64,000 nucleotides of DNA from NCBI GenBank assembly GCA_041548245.1, contig JBFESZ010000002.1:3502-67501 (forward strand), in the 5' to 3' direction. A program made the translations under genes and the position numbers. Of the stretch, positions 53,142 through 62,247 are shown one piece after another. Position 1 is the stretch's first letter. Each line of letters starts with the position of its first letter. Source of the stretch: Sulfurimonadaceae bacterium. Its GTDB lineage: Bacteria > Campylobacterota > Campylobacteria > Campylobacterales > Sulfurimonadaceae. The notes below the pieces were generated by a model. It was not told the DNA's origin, did no database searches, and saw only the letters and a list, made by a program, of their open reading frames with translations.

Positions 53142-55472
53142 ATGACCATACTTCCAAGCTCACGTGCTATCCGTGCTGCTATTTTAAAAGACAAAGAGCG
53201 TAACACCTTTCTTCCTTCCTATATTACGATGTCGGATTTCTTACAACGTGCTTTAGTCGTTGAAGGCTATGCCCGTGTTGACGATGATACTCGTACTCTT
53301 TTATTGCTTGAAGCTTCTGATTTTAAATCTTTCTCTGCACTCAATATTGAGAGAAACTTTTTTACTTTTACACAAAATTCTAGTTATATTTTCCGGTTCT
53401 TTGAAGAGCTTGGCGGAGAACTTGTCGACATAGATTCATTGTCGATGGCTGACACGTATGGGGATTATGAAGAGCATATTGAGATACTCAAAGAGCTGTA
53501 TTTGCGATATGAAAAGCTGTGTGAAGAGAAAAAAGTCCTAGAGCCGATTTTTTTAGGAAAAAACTATACGCTTAATCGCTCTTACATAGAATCACAGCAG
53601 GAGATACTGCTGGTTGTTGAAGGGTATTTGACCAATTTCGAGTTGAAGATCTTGCAAGAGTGTGCACAGATCATTCCTGTCAGATTGCGTTTTTATGCCA
53701 ACGCCTTTAATATGAAGATGCAAGATAAGCTGAAGGCACTTGGTATCGACGTTATACAGGAAAAAAACCAGATTATAAACCTGAGGACTAAACTCATAGA
53801 GGGGAGTTCTTCTGTACACTCTCAAGCGGTCGTGACATGTGAGAGCTTTTCGCAGCGGCTGTTGCAGGTTGCCTTTGTGAAACAAAAGGTCAAAGAGTTT
53901 ATAGACAAGGGAATGGATCCTGAGAAGATAGTCGTTGTCCTGCCCAATGAGAACTTTTCAGAACATTTGAAACGTTTTGATACAAAGTGTAATTTCAACT
54001 TTGCGATGGGTGAAACTCTAAAATCATCAGCTTTTATACAGGCTCTTGAAGGGGTTATACAATATCTTGATAATAAAACAGTACAAAATAGAAGCCGCTT
54101 AAACCGTATAGGGGTTGAACTTGTAGAAAATCTTCAGGGTAAGTACAAATCAGAACTTAGTGCGCTGGACTTTAATGCATTACTACAGCCATTTGTCCTG
54201 CTTGAAAAGAGCAAGAGTGTGCTTAAAATAATCAAAGAAGAGCTTTTTTATTTTGAGAAATTACTTCCTATTTTGCAAAAGAGCAGTGTTAAATCCGCTT
54301 TGCATCTTTTTATTAATAGACTCAAAAACAGAAGTACGGATGATGTGCGGGGTGGAAAGATAACAGTGATGGGCGTTCTTGAGACACGTGCGGTTACTTA
54401 TGACGGGGTCATTGTCGTTGACTTTAACGAGGGGACAGTTCCGAGAAAAAGCGAAAAAGATCTTTTCCTGAACTCATCTACACGAATTAAAGCAGGTCTA
54501 CCTGGTGCGCAAGACAGGGAATCTTTGCAAAAGCTCTATTATAATAACCTCTTTTTAAGGGCACGTGAGGTGGCTATATCATATGTCTCATCAGTGGATT
54601 CCGTTCCGTCGCGTTTCTTGAAACAGCTGGGTATAGAAACTCGGCAGAGCCATGATGAGTCACAATGGGCAGGTGTTCTGTTTAAAACACATACAAAACA
54701 GGAACAGCCGGAGCAAAAGATTGAGCAGGCTTATGATTTTACACAGCATAATCTTTCAGCGACAGGGCTTAAGAGCTTTCTCTCATGTAAGCGCCGTTTC
54801 TACCATCGTTATGTCGAAGGAGTCATGGAACATCAAATCGAAGCGGATCTACCTCAAGAGCATGAGATAGGAACAGCCTTGCATGCCGCCTTGCAGCATG
54901 TGTATGAACAGAAGAGCCGTTTTAGTGATAAAGAAGCATTAAAAAAAGCCATTTCCGAAGCTCTTAAGCTTCATTCGGCGCAGACGGTCTTGGACAAGTA
55001 TCTGCAGAAGATGTGGCTGAAGCGTTTGGATGCATTTATAGGCAATGAGATAGAGCGTTTTAAAGAGGCTGAGGTGATCGCTTGTGAAAAGTCGCTCTCG
55101 ACCGAAGTATGCGGGATTCGCCTGCATGGAAATATTGACCGTATAGACAGAACTCCTGATGGACTCGAAGTTCTCGATTATAAAAGTGGCGCTTACCCGA
55201 CATATACAGCTAGAACTGTAGAGAACGCAAAAGATTTCCAACTGGAATTTTATTACCTCTTGGCAAAAAATGAAGGAGAAGTAAAGTCGTGCGGGTATTA
55301 TGATCTTAAAAGCGGCAGGATTATCCGTGAGGATCTGCTTGAAAGCAAACTGGAATTGCTTTATAAACATCTGCATGAACTTAAAGAGACAAAGATCATC
55401 GATTTTGAAAAGACAGACGAACTTAAAGAGTGTAGCTACTGCCCTTATACACAACTGTGTGGGAGAAGCTGA
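53142..55472 (+). CDS. addB: AddB-like PD-(D/E)XK nuclease subunit of AddAB helicase-nuclease
   Basis: C-terminal nuclease motif GNIDRIDR...LEVLDYKSG, flanked by Cys (FLSCKRRF ... CSYCPYTQLC), the iron-staple pattern. 776 aa. Lies directly upstream of addA. Confidence 0.78.
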   Translation: MTILPSSRAIRAAILKDKERNTFLPSYITMSDFLQRALVVEGYARVDDDTRTLLLLEASDFKSFSALNIERNFFTFTQNSSYIFRFFEELGGELVDIDSLSMADTYGDYEEHIEILKELYLRYEKLCEEKKVLEPIFLGKNYTLNRSYIESQQEILLVVEGYLTNFELKILQECAQIIPVRLRFYANAFNMKMQDKLKALGIDVIQEKNQIINLRTKLIEGSSSVHSQAVVTCESFSQRLLQVAFVKQKVKEFIDKGMDPEKIVVVLPNENFSEHLKRFDTKCNFNFAMGETLKSSAFIQALEGVIQYLDNKTVQNRSRLNRIGVELVENLQGKYKSELSALDFNALLQPFVLLEKSKSVLKIIKEELFYFEKLLPILQKSSVKSALHLFINRLKNRSTDDVRGGKITVMGVLETRAVTYDGVIVVDFNEGTVPRKSEKDLFLNSSTRIKAGLPGAQDRESLQKLYYNNLFLRAREVAISYVSSVDSVPSRFLKQLGIETRQSHDESQWAGVLFKTHTKQEQPEQKIEQAYDFTQHNLSATGLKSFLSCKRRFYHRYVEGVMEHQIEADLPQEHEIGTALHAALQHVYEQKSRFSDKEALKKAISEALKLHSAQTVLDKYLQKMWLKRLDAFIGNEIERFKEAEVIACEKSLSTEVCGIRLHGNIDRIDRTPDGLEVLDYKSGAYPTYTARTVENAKDFQLEFYYLLAKNEGEVKSCGYYDLKSGRIIREDLLESKLELLYKHLHELKETKIIDFEKTDELKECSYCPYTQLCGRS

Positions 55473-58192
55473 TGTTTATAGATCTACATGCCTATGAAGC
55501 GAGCGCAGGATCGGGTAAGACGTTCTCCTTGGTCGTGCGATACCTGAGTCTGCTTTTCTCAGGAGAACAGGCCGAGAAGATATTGGCCCTTACCTTTACT
55601 AATAAAGCAGCAAACGAGATGCAAGAGCGCATCGTCAATACACTGATCGATTTAGAAAACAAAGGTGAGCTACATGAAATTGCCAAAGTGCTTGAGTGTT
55701 CGCCTGAGAATTTGCTTGCCAAGCGTCCCGAAGTATTAAAGGCCCTTCTTAATGCCGATACAAAAGTGATGACCCTGGACAAGTTTTTTGCCAAGATCTT
55801 AAGAAAGTTCTCCCTTCATGCAGGTCTGATGCCAAACTTTTCGACTTATGAGTCCCAACATGAGCTAAAAGTAATGGCACGATTTTTGACTCTGGTCAAT
55901 ACCCAGGGAAAAGATGACGCGCTTATTAAACTTTCCTTGTTGGCTTCAAAACGCTTAGCTGATATTTTTTCACTGTTAAACGAGCTTTATGCGAAAAAGA
56001 ATGAGATGCAAAAGATCCGTTTTAAACCCGAGCCCTATCTTCCATATGAAGAGATTGTAATGAAAAGCTTTCATGAACTACAGTCGATGATCTTTGCTAC
56101 AGAGATTGGAAAGCGTGGGCGTACAGCCATGGAAGCGGAAAGTATTGATGAGCTGATCGGCAAGACATGGATAGAGAAAGAGAGTCTGGAGTATTGGGAC
56201 TTTAAAAAGTACTTTCATCCAAGAATGGACGAACTTTTACATGAAATACAAGATGGGCTTTATCATTATATGAAAGCGAAAGAGTCACATTTTCTTTTTG
56301 AACTTCTATCACTTTTGGATCTCTATATCGAAGCAAAGATGCTGGTTGCGAAAGAGGATGAGGAGCTCTCTTTTGATGATATCACCTATCTCGTCTTCTA
56401 TCTTTTAAAAGATGAAAGCAATAAAGGACGCATCAACAGCGATTTTTTGTATTTTAGACTTGATGCCAATATCAATCATATATTATTGGATGAGTTTCAA
56501 GATACTTCGACTATACAGTTTGAGATACTTCGACCCCTGATTGAAGAGATGGCTTCAGGTCAAGGTTCCAAAGAGAGGTCGTCTTTGTTCCTGGTCGGTG
56601 ATGTAAAACAGTCCATCTACAGGTTCCGCGGTGGTAAAAAGGAGCTTTTTTACGCAGTAACGGATCACTTTAATGTTAAAGTAGACCAGTTACGTACCAA
56701 CTATAGAAGTGAAAAAGAGGTGGTCGAATTTGTCAATGAAGTATTCATCGACAAGATCAATGGTTATGTCCCGCAGTTAGTCAAGGATGGAGCGAGTAAA
56801 GGATATGTTGAGGTAATTTTCAATGATGAGGTACTTGAGAATATGACAGCTATACTCAAAACACTGATTCAAAAAGGGGCAGACCTTAACGAAATAGCAA
56901 TACTCACAGCAACCAATGCAGATGGTGCCAGGGTCGAAGAGTTGTTAAAAGCAGAAAAAATTGATGTCGTGACAGAGACAACTTCAAAGCTTATTAATCA
57001 AAAAAACATCAAGGCTCTTATAGAGTATCTGAAATACTCCTATTTTAAGCAAGAGATCTATGCACGAAACTTCTTTGCGCTTATCGGACAGGGAGAGGGA
57101 AAACTATATCCTTGTAACGTTAACTCCCCTGAACTGAGTACTGAACTTAAAAAAGTTATTGAAAAGTACAGGCTCTTTGATGGTGACATGAACATCCTTA
57201 GTTTTCTGGAAAAGCTCTCAAGTTATAAAGATATTGAAGCATTCTTATTTGAGTATGAACGTATGGACACGAGTGCTGCACAAAAAGAGCTTAATGGAGT
57301 AAGAGTCCTTACCGTACATAAGTCGAAAGGACTCGAGTATGAACATGTCATCGTTTTAGACAGACTTGGACGCAGTTCATCGGACAAGAGTCCTATCATC
57401 TATGAATATGAGGGCATCCATCTTGAAAACATCTATCTCCGTATGAGCAAACGCGCGAGTCTTGATGAGAGCTATTCAAGGGCGCTGGATAAGGAAAAGA
57501 AACTCTCAAAAGAGGATGAGCTCAATGCTCTTTATGTCGCGTTCACCCGTGCTAAGGAGAGTCTGTTTATCATCCACAAGTCAAAAGATTCTAAGTTTGA
57601 GGAGCTATGCCTAAGTCAAGAAGTACGTGGAGAACTTGAATTGGCGACAAAAGAGAAGGTTTATCAGCCACAACTGCCTGACATTTCTTTTAAAGAGCTT
57701 TACTACGGAACTCAGATGGAGCTTTTGTCTGAAGAAAAAAATGAGGAAGAGGACCATAAAGCTATTGAGTTTGGGTTGGCGATGCATTATGCGCTTGAGA
57801 TGATCTGCTCATTTGCTAAAGAGAGTGTCCATGCAGCCGTGTCGATAACAAGAAACAAGTTTGGATCGATTTTAAGTGAAGAGGAATTTATCTCTATTGA
57901 AAGACGCCTTAAGCAGCTAGTAGAAGATAAGGCATTTTTGGAACTTATCCAAGGACGCTTATACAAAGAAAAAGCCATCTCATACGACAAAGAACTCCGC
58001 TATATTGACCTGCTTATTGAACATGCAGACGAATGGATAGTCATAGACTATAAGTCGGCCATTAGCCATACCCAGTCGCATCTTAAACAGGTAAACTTTT
58101 ATAAGAAGGCGGTCAGAGATATCACAGCCAAAAGAGTCAGAGGCTATATCTGTTATGTTTTGGAAGAGGGCATAAAGTTGGTTGAGGTATAA
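55472..58192 (+). CDS. addA: AddA/RecB-like UvrD-family helicase-nuclease
   Basis: Helicase motif I ASAGSGKTF, DEFQDTS, VGDVKQSIYRFRGG, and TVHKSKGLEY. C-terminal nuclease IDLLIE...WIVIDYKS. ATG 55472 overlaps the addB TGA (TGATG); the track starts at 55457. Confidence 0.85.
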   Translation: MFIDLHAYEASAGSGKTFSLVVRYLSLLFSGEQAEKILALTFTNKAANEMQERIVNTLIDLENKGELHEIAKVLECSPENLLAKRPEVLKALLNADTKVMTLDKFFAKILRKFSLHAGLMPNFSTYESQHELKVMARFLTLVNTQGKDDALIKLSLLASKRLADIFSLLNELYAKKNEMQKIRFKPEPYLPYEEIVMKSFHELQSMIFATEIGKRGRTAMEAESIDELIGKTWIEKESLEYWDFKKYFHPRMDELLHEIQDGLYHYMKAKESHFLFELLSLLDLYIEAKMLVAKEDEELSFDDITYLVFYLLKDESNKGRINSDFLYFRLDANINHILLDEFQDTSTIQFEILRPLIEEMASGQGSKERSSLFLVGDVKQSIYRFRGGKKELFYAVTDHFNVKVDQLRTNYRSEKEVVEFVNEVFIDKINGYVPQLVKDGASKGYVEVIFNDEVLENMTAILKTLIQKGADLNEIAILTATNADGARVEELLKAEKIDVVTETTSKLINQKNIKALIEYLKYSYFKQEIYARNFFALIGQGEGKLYPCNVNSPELSTELKKVIEKYRLFDGDMNILSFLEKLSSYKDIEAFLFEYERMDTSAAQKELNGVRVLTVHKSKGLEYEHVIVLDRLGRSSSDKSPIIYEYEGIHLENIYLRMSKRASLDESYSRALDKEKKLSKEDELNALYVAFTRAKESLFIIHKSKDSKFEELCLSQEVRGELELATKEKVYQPQLPDISFKELYYGTQMELLSEEKNEEEDHKAIEFGLAMHYALEMICSFAKESVHAAVSITRNKFGSILSEEEFISIERRLKQLVEDKAFLELIQGRLYKEKAISYDKELRYIDLLIEHADEWIVIDYKSAISHTQSHLKQVNFYKKAVRDITAKRVRGYICYVLEEGIKLVEV

Positions 58193-58278
58193 CAGATTGC
58201 TGAATTAAATGTTCAATAAATTATATATGGTGTTTGCGCAGAGGTTCGATAAACTATATTTTAACAAAGGAGAATCAG

Positions 58279-58848
58279 ATGAAAAGATCATTGTTTTTAT
58301 GTTTAGTCACAGCAGTACTATCAGTGAACATCCATGCTCAAGAGAGTCATCATTCTGAATTGGCAACGCATACAGGAACTTATTTCGAGCCTAAGGTCAT
58401 TGTCACAGCGGGTGAGACTATTTCACATGGGGACTCTACCCTCGATGGAGATACGGGGTACGGTATCGGTTTTGACTTGGGATACTCATTTAGCGAAAAT
58501 TTTGCACTTGAACTTGATGGGACATATTCTGAGGCAGATGTGAAAGAAACATTGGCAAATGGCGACAGTGAGACTGACAAGGCATCATTTTACACTTATG
58601 GCGTGAATGCAGTGCTGACTTATCCGCTTCATAATCATTTTATCCTTCTTGGAAAACTTGGTTACGGTTATGAACATGAGGATCTTGGAGCACTTGGAAT
58701 TAAAGGTTCAGAACATGGCGCCAATTGGGCTGCAGGCGTTGAGTATTCATTTACACCGCATGTTGAAGTCTCTTTTGAATATGAAGGTGCAGATATCAGA
58801 AGTGCACGCGGGGACAGTTTTCAAGTCGGTTTGATCTATAAATTCTAA
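58279..58848 (+). CDS. Small outer-membrane beta-barrel protein (OmpA-like/opacity-type barrel)
   Basis: Signal peptide, alternating hydrophobic beta-strand pattern, and a terminal aromatic residue (…GLIYKF). GGAG SD precedes ATG 58279; the track starts at 58234. Confidence 0.7.
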   Translation: MKRSLFLCLVTAVLSVNIHAQESHHSELATHTGTYFEPKVIVTAGETISHGDSTLDGDTGYGIGFDLGYSFSENFALELDGTYSEADVKETLANGDSETDKASFYTYGVNAVLTYPLHNHFILLGKLGYGYEHEDLGALGIKGSEHGANWAAGVEYSFTPHVEVSFEYEGADIRSARGDSFQVGLIYKF

Positions 58849-58918
58849 GCATCAATGAGATTGCTTTTTTAGAATATGCATGGAGCTATAGATGCATTGG
58901 TTGATCCATGCGTGCAAA

Positions 58919-58957
58919 ATTCTTATATTTTACTTAATTTAAGTAAAATATAAGAAT
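58919..58957. repeat. Perfect 39-nt palindrome (19-nt arms, 1-nt centre) upstream of rplM
   Basis: ATTCTTATATTTTACTTAA-T-TTAAGTAAAATATAAGAAT, verified base by base. A TATACT -10-like hexamer follows at 58965-58970. Confidence 0.9.
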
Positions 58958-59032
58958 ATGTCAGTATACTTTCGCCACTAAATAGAAGAGTTGTCTCTCT
59001 TCTCTTTCTTATACATTCATAAAGGAAAATAG

Positions 59033-59455
59033 ATGAAATTTACTAAAATTGCATCTCCTGAGCAGATTGAACGCAAGTGGATTCTTGTTGATGCTGAGGG
59101 AAAAACATTTGGTCGTATCATCACTGAAGTAGCAACAAGTCTTCGTGGTAAGAACAAGCCGTACTATACTCCTAACGTTGATTGTGGTGACTATGTTGTT
59201 ATCATTAATGCTTCTAAAGCTGTTTTCAACGGTGCTGGAAAACTTGCAAACAAAGAGTACTTCTCTCACTCAGGTTACTTCGGTTCTACTAAGAGTGTTA
59301 AAATGACAGAGCTACTTGAAAACAATCCGGAAAAACTGTTTAAACTTGCAACTCGCGGTATGTTACCAAAAACTAAACTTGGTGCAGCAATGCTAAAAAA
59401 ACTTAAAGTGTACAAGGGTGCTGAGCATCCTCATTCTGCACAATTAGCTAAGTAA
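59033..59455 (+). CDS. rplM: 50S ribosomal protein L13
   Basis: WILVDAEGK.FGR.ITEVA..LRGK.KP.YTP is the conserved L13 N-terminus. 140 aa. Confidence 0.97.
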   Translation: MKFTKIASPEQIERKWILVDAEGKTFGRIITEVATSLRGKNKPYYTPNVDCGDYVVIINASKAVFNGAGKLANKEYFSHSGYFGSTKSVKMTELLENNPEKLFKLATRGMLPKTKLGAAMLKKLKVYKGAEHPHSAQLAK

Positions 59456-59467
59456 GGATAGATTATT

Positions 59468-59857
59468 ATGGCAAAAACTTACGCAACTGGTAGAAGAAAG
59501 TCTTCTGTCGCAAAAGTATGGTTAACTCCAGGTACTGGAAAAATTACTATCAATGGTCTGTCTATTGATGCATGGCTTGGTGGTCTTGAAGCGAAAAAAC
59601 TTCGTGTAATGCAACCACTTAACTTGACTAAACAAGCAGAGTCTGTAGACATCGTTGCAACAACTCTTGGCGGTGGTTTCTCTGGCCAAGCGGATGCACT
59701 TCGTCACGGTATCTCTCGTGCACTAGTTAAATATGATGACAGCTTCCGTGCTGTGCTTAAACCTGAAGGTATGATGACTCGTGATTCACGTGTTGTTGAA
59801 CGTAAGAAACCAGGTAAGCGTAAAGCACGTCGTTCTCGCCAGTTCTCTAAGCGTTAA
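59468..59857 (+). CDS. rpsI: 30S ribosomal protein S9
   Basis: GRRK.S.A.V, GGG.SGQA.A.RHGI.RAL, and C-terminal RD.R.VERKK.G..KARR..QFSKR. 129 aa. Confidence 0.97.
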   Translation: MAKTYATGRRKSSVAKVWLTPGTGKITINGLSIDAWLGGLEAKKLRVMQPLNLTKQAESVDIVATTLGGGFSGQADALRHGISRALVKYDDSFRAVLKPEGMMTRDSRVVERKKPGKRKARRSRQFSKR

Positions 59858-59872
59858 GAAACTTCTTTCGCT

Positions 59873-59896
59873 TGTCTCCTTCGGGAGGCATTTTTT
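59873..59896 (+). terminator. Rho-independent terminator of rplM-rpsI
   Basis: TGTCTCC-TTCG-GGAGGCA, a 7-bp stem (one G-U) with a UUCG tetraloop, followed directly by TTTTTT. It lies 15 nt after the rpsI stop. Confidence 0.85.
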
Positions 59897-60011
59897 ATAT
59901 ATATTCTTCTTTATTTTTTTAATATTTTCATCAATTTTATTTATTTGCAGTCTCTTCTTTAATAGGAGTATAATGTCTCGTTATTAACAAGATCATAGTG
60001 TAAAGGCGCAC

Positions 60012-61355
60012 ATGAAATATTTTTATTTTGTATTTTCTATGTTGGCTGTTTCAGCTCAAGGAGCAGAGTCAGTTCAATCATGGTTTGAAGAGGGAAAAGT
60101 CAAGGGTAATGTTAAATATTACTACATCGAGACACAAAAAGATACAAGTGCTGGTTCGCATACATCGGCGCATGCCAATGCAATCGGTGGACAGTTGAAC
60201 TATAGCACAGGAAGCTGGAATGGGCTGCAAACAGGTGTGACTTTCATGACGACAAACGGTTTTGCTTTGCCAAATGCAGTAGACACCTCTATTTTAGGTA
60301 GAGACAACGGAGCACGAACCGGTAATGCTGAAGCGGCAAAAGATGCTTTTGCCGTCTTAGGCGAAGCGTTTATCAAATACAGTTATAAAGACTTGAGTCT
60401 ACTTTATGGACGACAAGTCATCAAGACACCATTGGTCCATGCTAAAGAGGTGCGCATGCTGCCTTCGGCAGTGCAGGGGGCGTTTGCTGAATATGCTTTA
60501 GAGTGCGGTACGACACTGGGTGTCTCATACCTGACTCATTTCAAGCAACGTACTTCAGATACTTTCACTAACATTGTAAGCCATGCTTTAGGCGGCGCGA
60601 CGAAAACAAAAGAAATCACGGGAAGTGATGAAGGTGAAGTTGTCACGCTTGATGCTGTTTACAAGGATGATAAAACAGAGCTGAAAGCCTATGATTATTA
60701 TGCACAGGACTTTATGAACGCATTTTATCTTGAGGCTGGCTTTAAAAACAAGCTGGATTCAGGCTGGTCGTACAGTGCAGCTGCGCAATATATCCATCAG
60801 ATGAGTGTAGGCAATGCAGATGACAATCTTGCTCAAATCGGTTCGGTAACTGGTGGAAAACGAATCAGTGTCAATGCAGCAGGGCTTAAGACAGATATGG
60901 CTTATCAGGAGTCAACATTAGGGCTGGCATTGACAAAAGTTCTGGGTGACAGTGACCGTCACGACTCTCTGGTACTTCCATGGGACGGTACACCTCTGTA
61001 CACGAACATGATCACGTCAAACGATCTGTTTCAATCTAATTATGGCAATGCACTTAAGGCCGACAGCATCTATATCGGCGGTTCAGCCGGTGTAAAACTG
61101 GCATATACGCAAGGCTATGACTTTAGCGGGATGAAGGGATTTAAAACAACCCTTTCTTATCTCAATGTTGACAATGACAGGTTTGCTCATAATCAGCGTG
61201 ATGTCAATGCAGTCGTCTCGTACGTAACAGGAGACTTCAGCCTGGCACTAAAAGGAATGTGGGTACGTTATAATACATCAGCTTCGGCAACGGGGACGAT
61301 TACTCAAGATGACAAGTTGACACAATACCGTGTCATCGCAAATTACAAATTCTAA
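60012..61355 (+). CDS. OprD-family-like outer membrane porin
   Basis: Signal peptide, the N-terminal KGNVKYYYIE pattern common in epsilonproteobacterial OprD-like porins, a beta-strand periodicity, and a terminal ...NYKF. 447 aa. Confidence 0.72.
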   Translation: MKYFYFVFSMLAVSAQGAESVQSWFEEGKVKGNVKYYYIETQKDTSAGSHTSAHANAIGGQLNYSTGSWNGLQTGVTFMTTNGFALPNAVDTSILGRDNGARTGNAEAAKDAFAVLGEAFIKYSYKDLSLLYGRQVIKTPLVHAKEVRMLPSAVQGAFAEYALECGTTLGVSYLTHFKQRTSDTFTNIVSHALGGATKTKEITGSDEGEVVTLDAVYKDDKTELKAYDYYAQDFMNAFYLEAGFKNKLDSGWSYSAAAQYIHQMSVGNADDNLAQIGSVTGGKRISVNAAGLKTDMAYQESTLGLALTKVLGDSDRHDSLVLPWDGTPLYTNMITSNDLFQSNYGNALKADSIYIGGSAGVKLAYTQGYDFSGMKGFKTTLSYLNVDNDRFAHNQRDVNAVVSYVTGDFSLALKGMWVRYNTSASATGTITQDDKLTQYRVIANYKF

Positions 61356-61369
61356 TCCAAGGAACAAAG

Positions 61370-62095
61370 ATGAAAAAAACAGTATTGGGATGGGGTGCAG
61401 CGGCACTTCTATCGGTAGCAGCAACGGCTTCAGATCATGGCGAAAAACACTGGGACTATGCACATAACGGTCCTACACACTGGACAGAGTTCTCCAAGAC
61501 TTGTGGTGAGGGCCATCATCAATCGCCGATCAATATCGTCCCGGGCAAGACAGTATCTATGAATCACCAATATGACCTTCATATGGATGAAGATGTGCAT
61601 ACTACGGCTAAAGTTATCGATAATGGACACTCAATTAAAGTTACTCCTCAGATTGGAGGGAAGATTGAACTTCATGGCGAGACTTTCCACCTTCTTCAGT
61701 TCCACTTTCACGGAAAGAGCGAACATACAGTTGATGGAAAACGCTATGACATGGTAGCCCACCTTGTACATCAGAATCCAGAAACAAAACAACTTGCAGT
61801 TGTAGCTGTATTCTTTGAAGAAGGGAAAAACAATCCGATATTAGACAATATCCTTAGTGGTATTGGAAAAAATATCAGAATTGACCCACAAGACATACTT
61901 CCGGCTGACACAGCGCACTATTATCATTATATCGGTTCATTGACAACACCGCCGTGCTCTGAAAATGTACAATGGTACTTGCTTAAGGAGCCGGCAACAG
62001 CTTCTAAAGATCAGATCGATGCATTTAGAAAGTATTATGTCGATAACGAACGTCCTGTACAAGAACTTTATGATCGTGAGATCGAATCTAACTAA
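61370..62095 (+). CDS. Periplasmic alpha-class carbonic anhydrase
   Basis: Signal peptide. HWDY..GP..W, QSPINI, Zn ligands in QFHFHGKSEH and HLVH, and GSLTTPPCSE. 241 aa. Confidence 0.92.
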   Translation: MKKTVLGWGAAALLSVAATASDHGEKHWDYAHNGPTHWTEFSKTCGEGHHQSPINIVPGKTVSMNHQYDLHMDEDVHTTAKVIDNGHSIKVTPQIGGKIELHGETFHLLQFHFHGKSEHTVDGKRYDMVAHLVHQNPETKQLAVVAVFFEEGKNNPILDNILSGIGKNIRIDPQDILPADTAHYYHYIGSLTTPPCSENVQWYLLKEPATASKDQIDAFRKYYVDNERPVQELYDREIESN

Positions 62096-62105
62096 AAAAA
62101 ATATT

Positions 62106-62135
62106 AAAGATCAAGATGAACGCATCTTGATCTTT
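62106..62135 (+). terminator. Strong hairpin after the carbonic anhydrase gene
   Basis: AAAGATCAAGATG-AACG-CATCTTGATCTTT, a 13-bp perfect stem 10 nt after the stop. The U-tail is short (TTT), so it is not a textbook terminator. Confidence 0.6.
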
Positions 62136-62247
62136 ACTAGCTTCTACATCCTCCAAATTTCTTTAATTCTCTTCTTATAAATATGTGCTATTTAACTCTT
62201 ATTTATGTTAGAATAGTCCTTATTGAGCGAATAACGGGAGATTTCGT

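Noticed and set aside
54939-55454. 171-aa minus-strand ORF inside addB
   Set aside because: It is a shadow ORF opposite the conserved AddB nuclease domain.
58919-58957. The 39-nt palindrome as a dif/XerH recombination site
   Set aside because: dif sites are imperfect, with about 11-nt arms around a 6-nt core. This element is a perfect 19-1-19 palindrome, and no xer gene or terminus-type feature is nearby.
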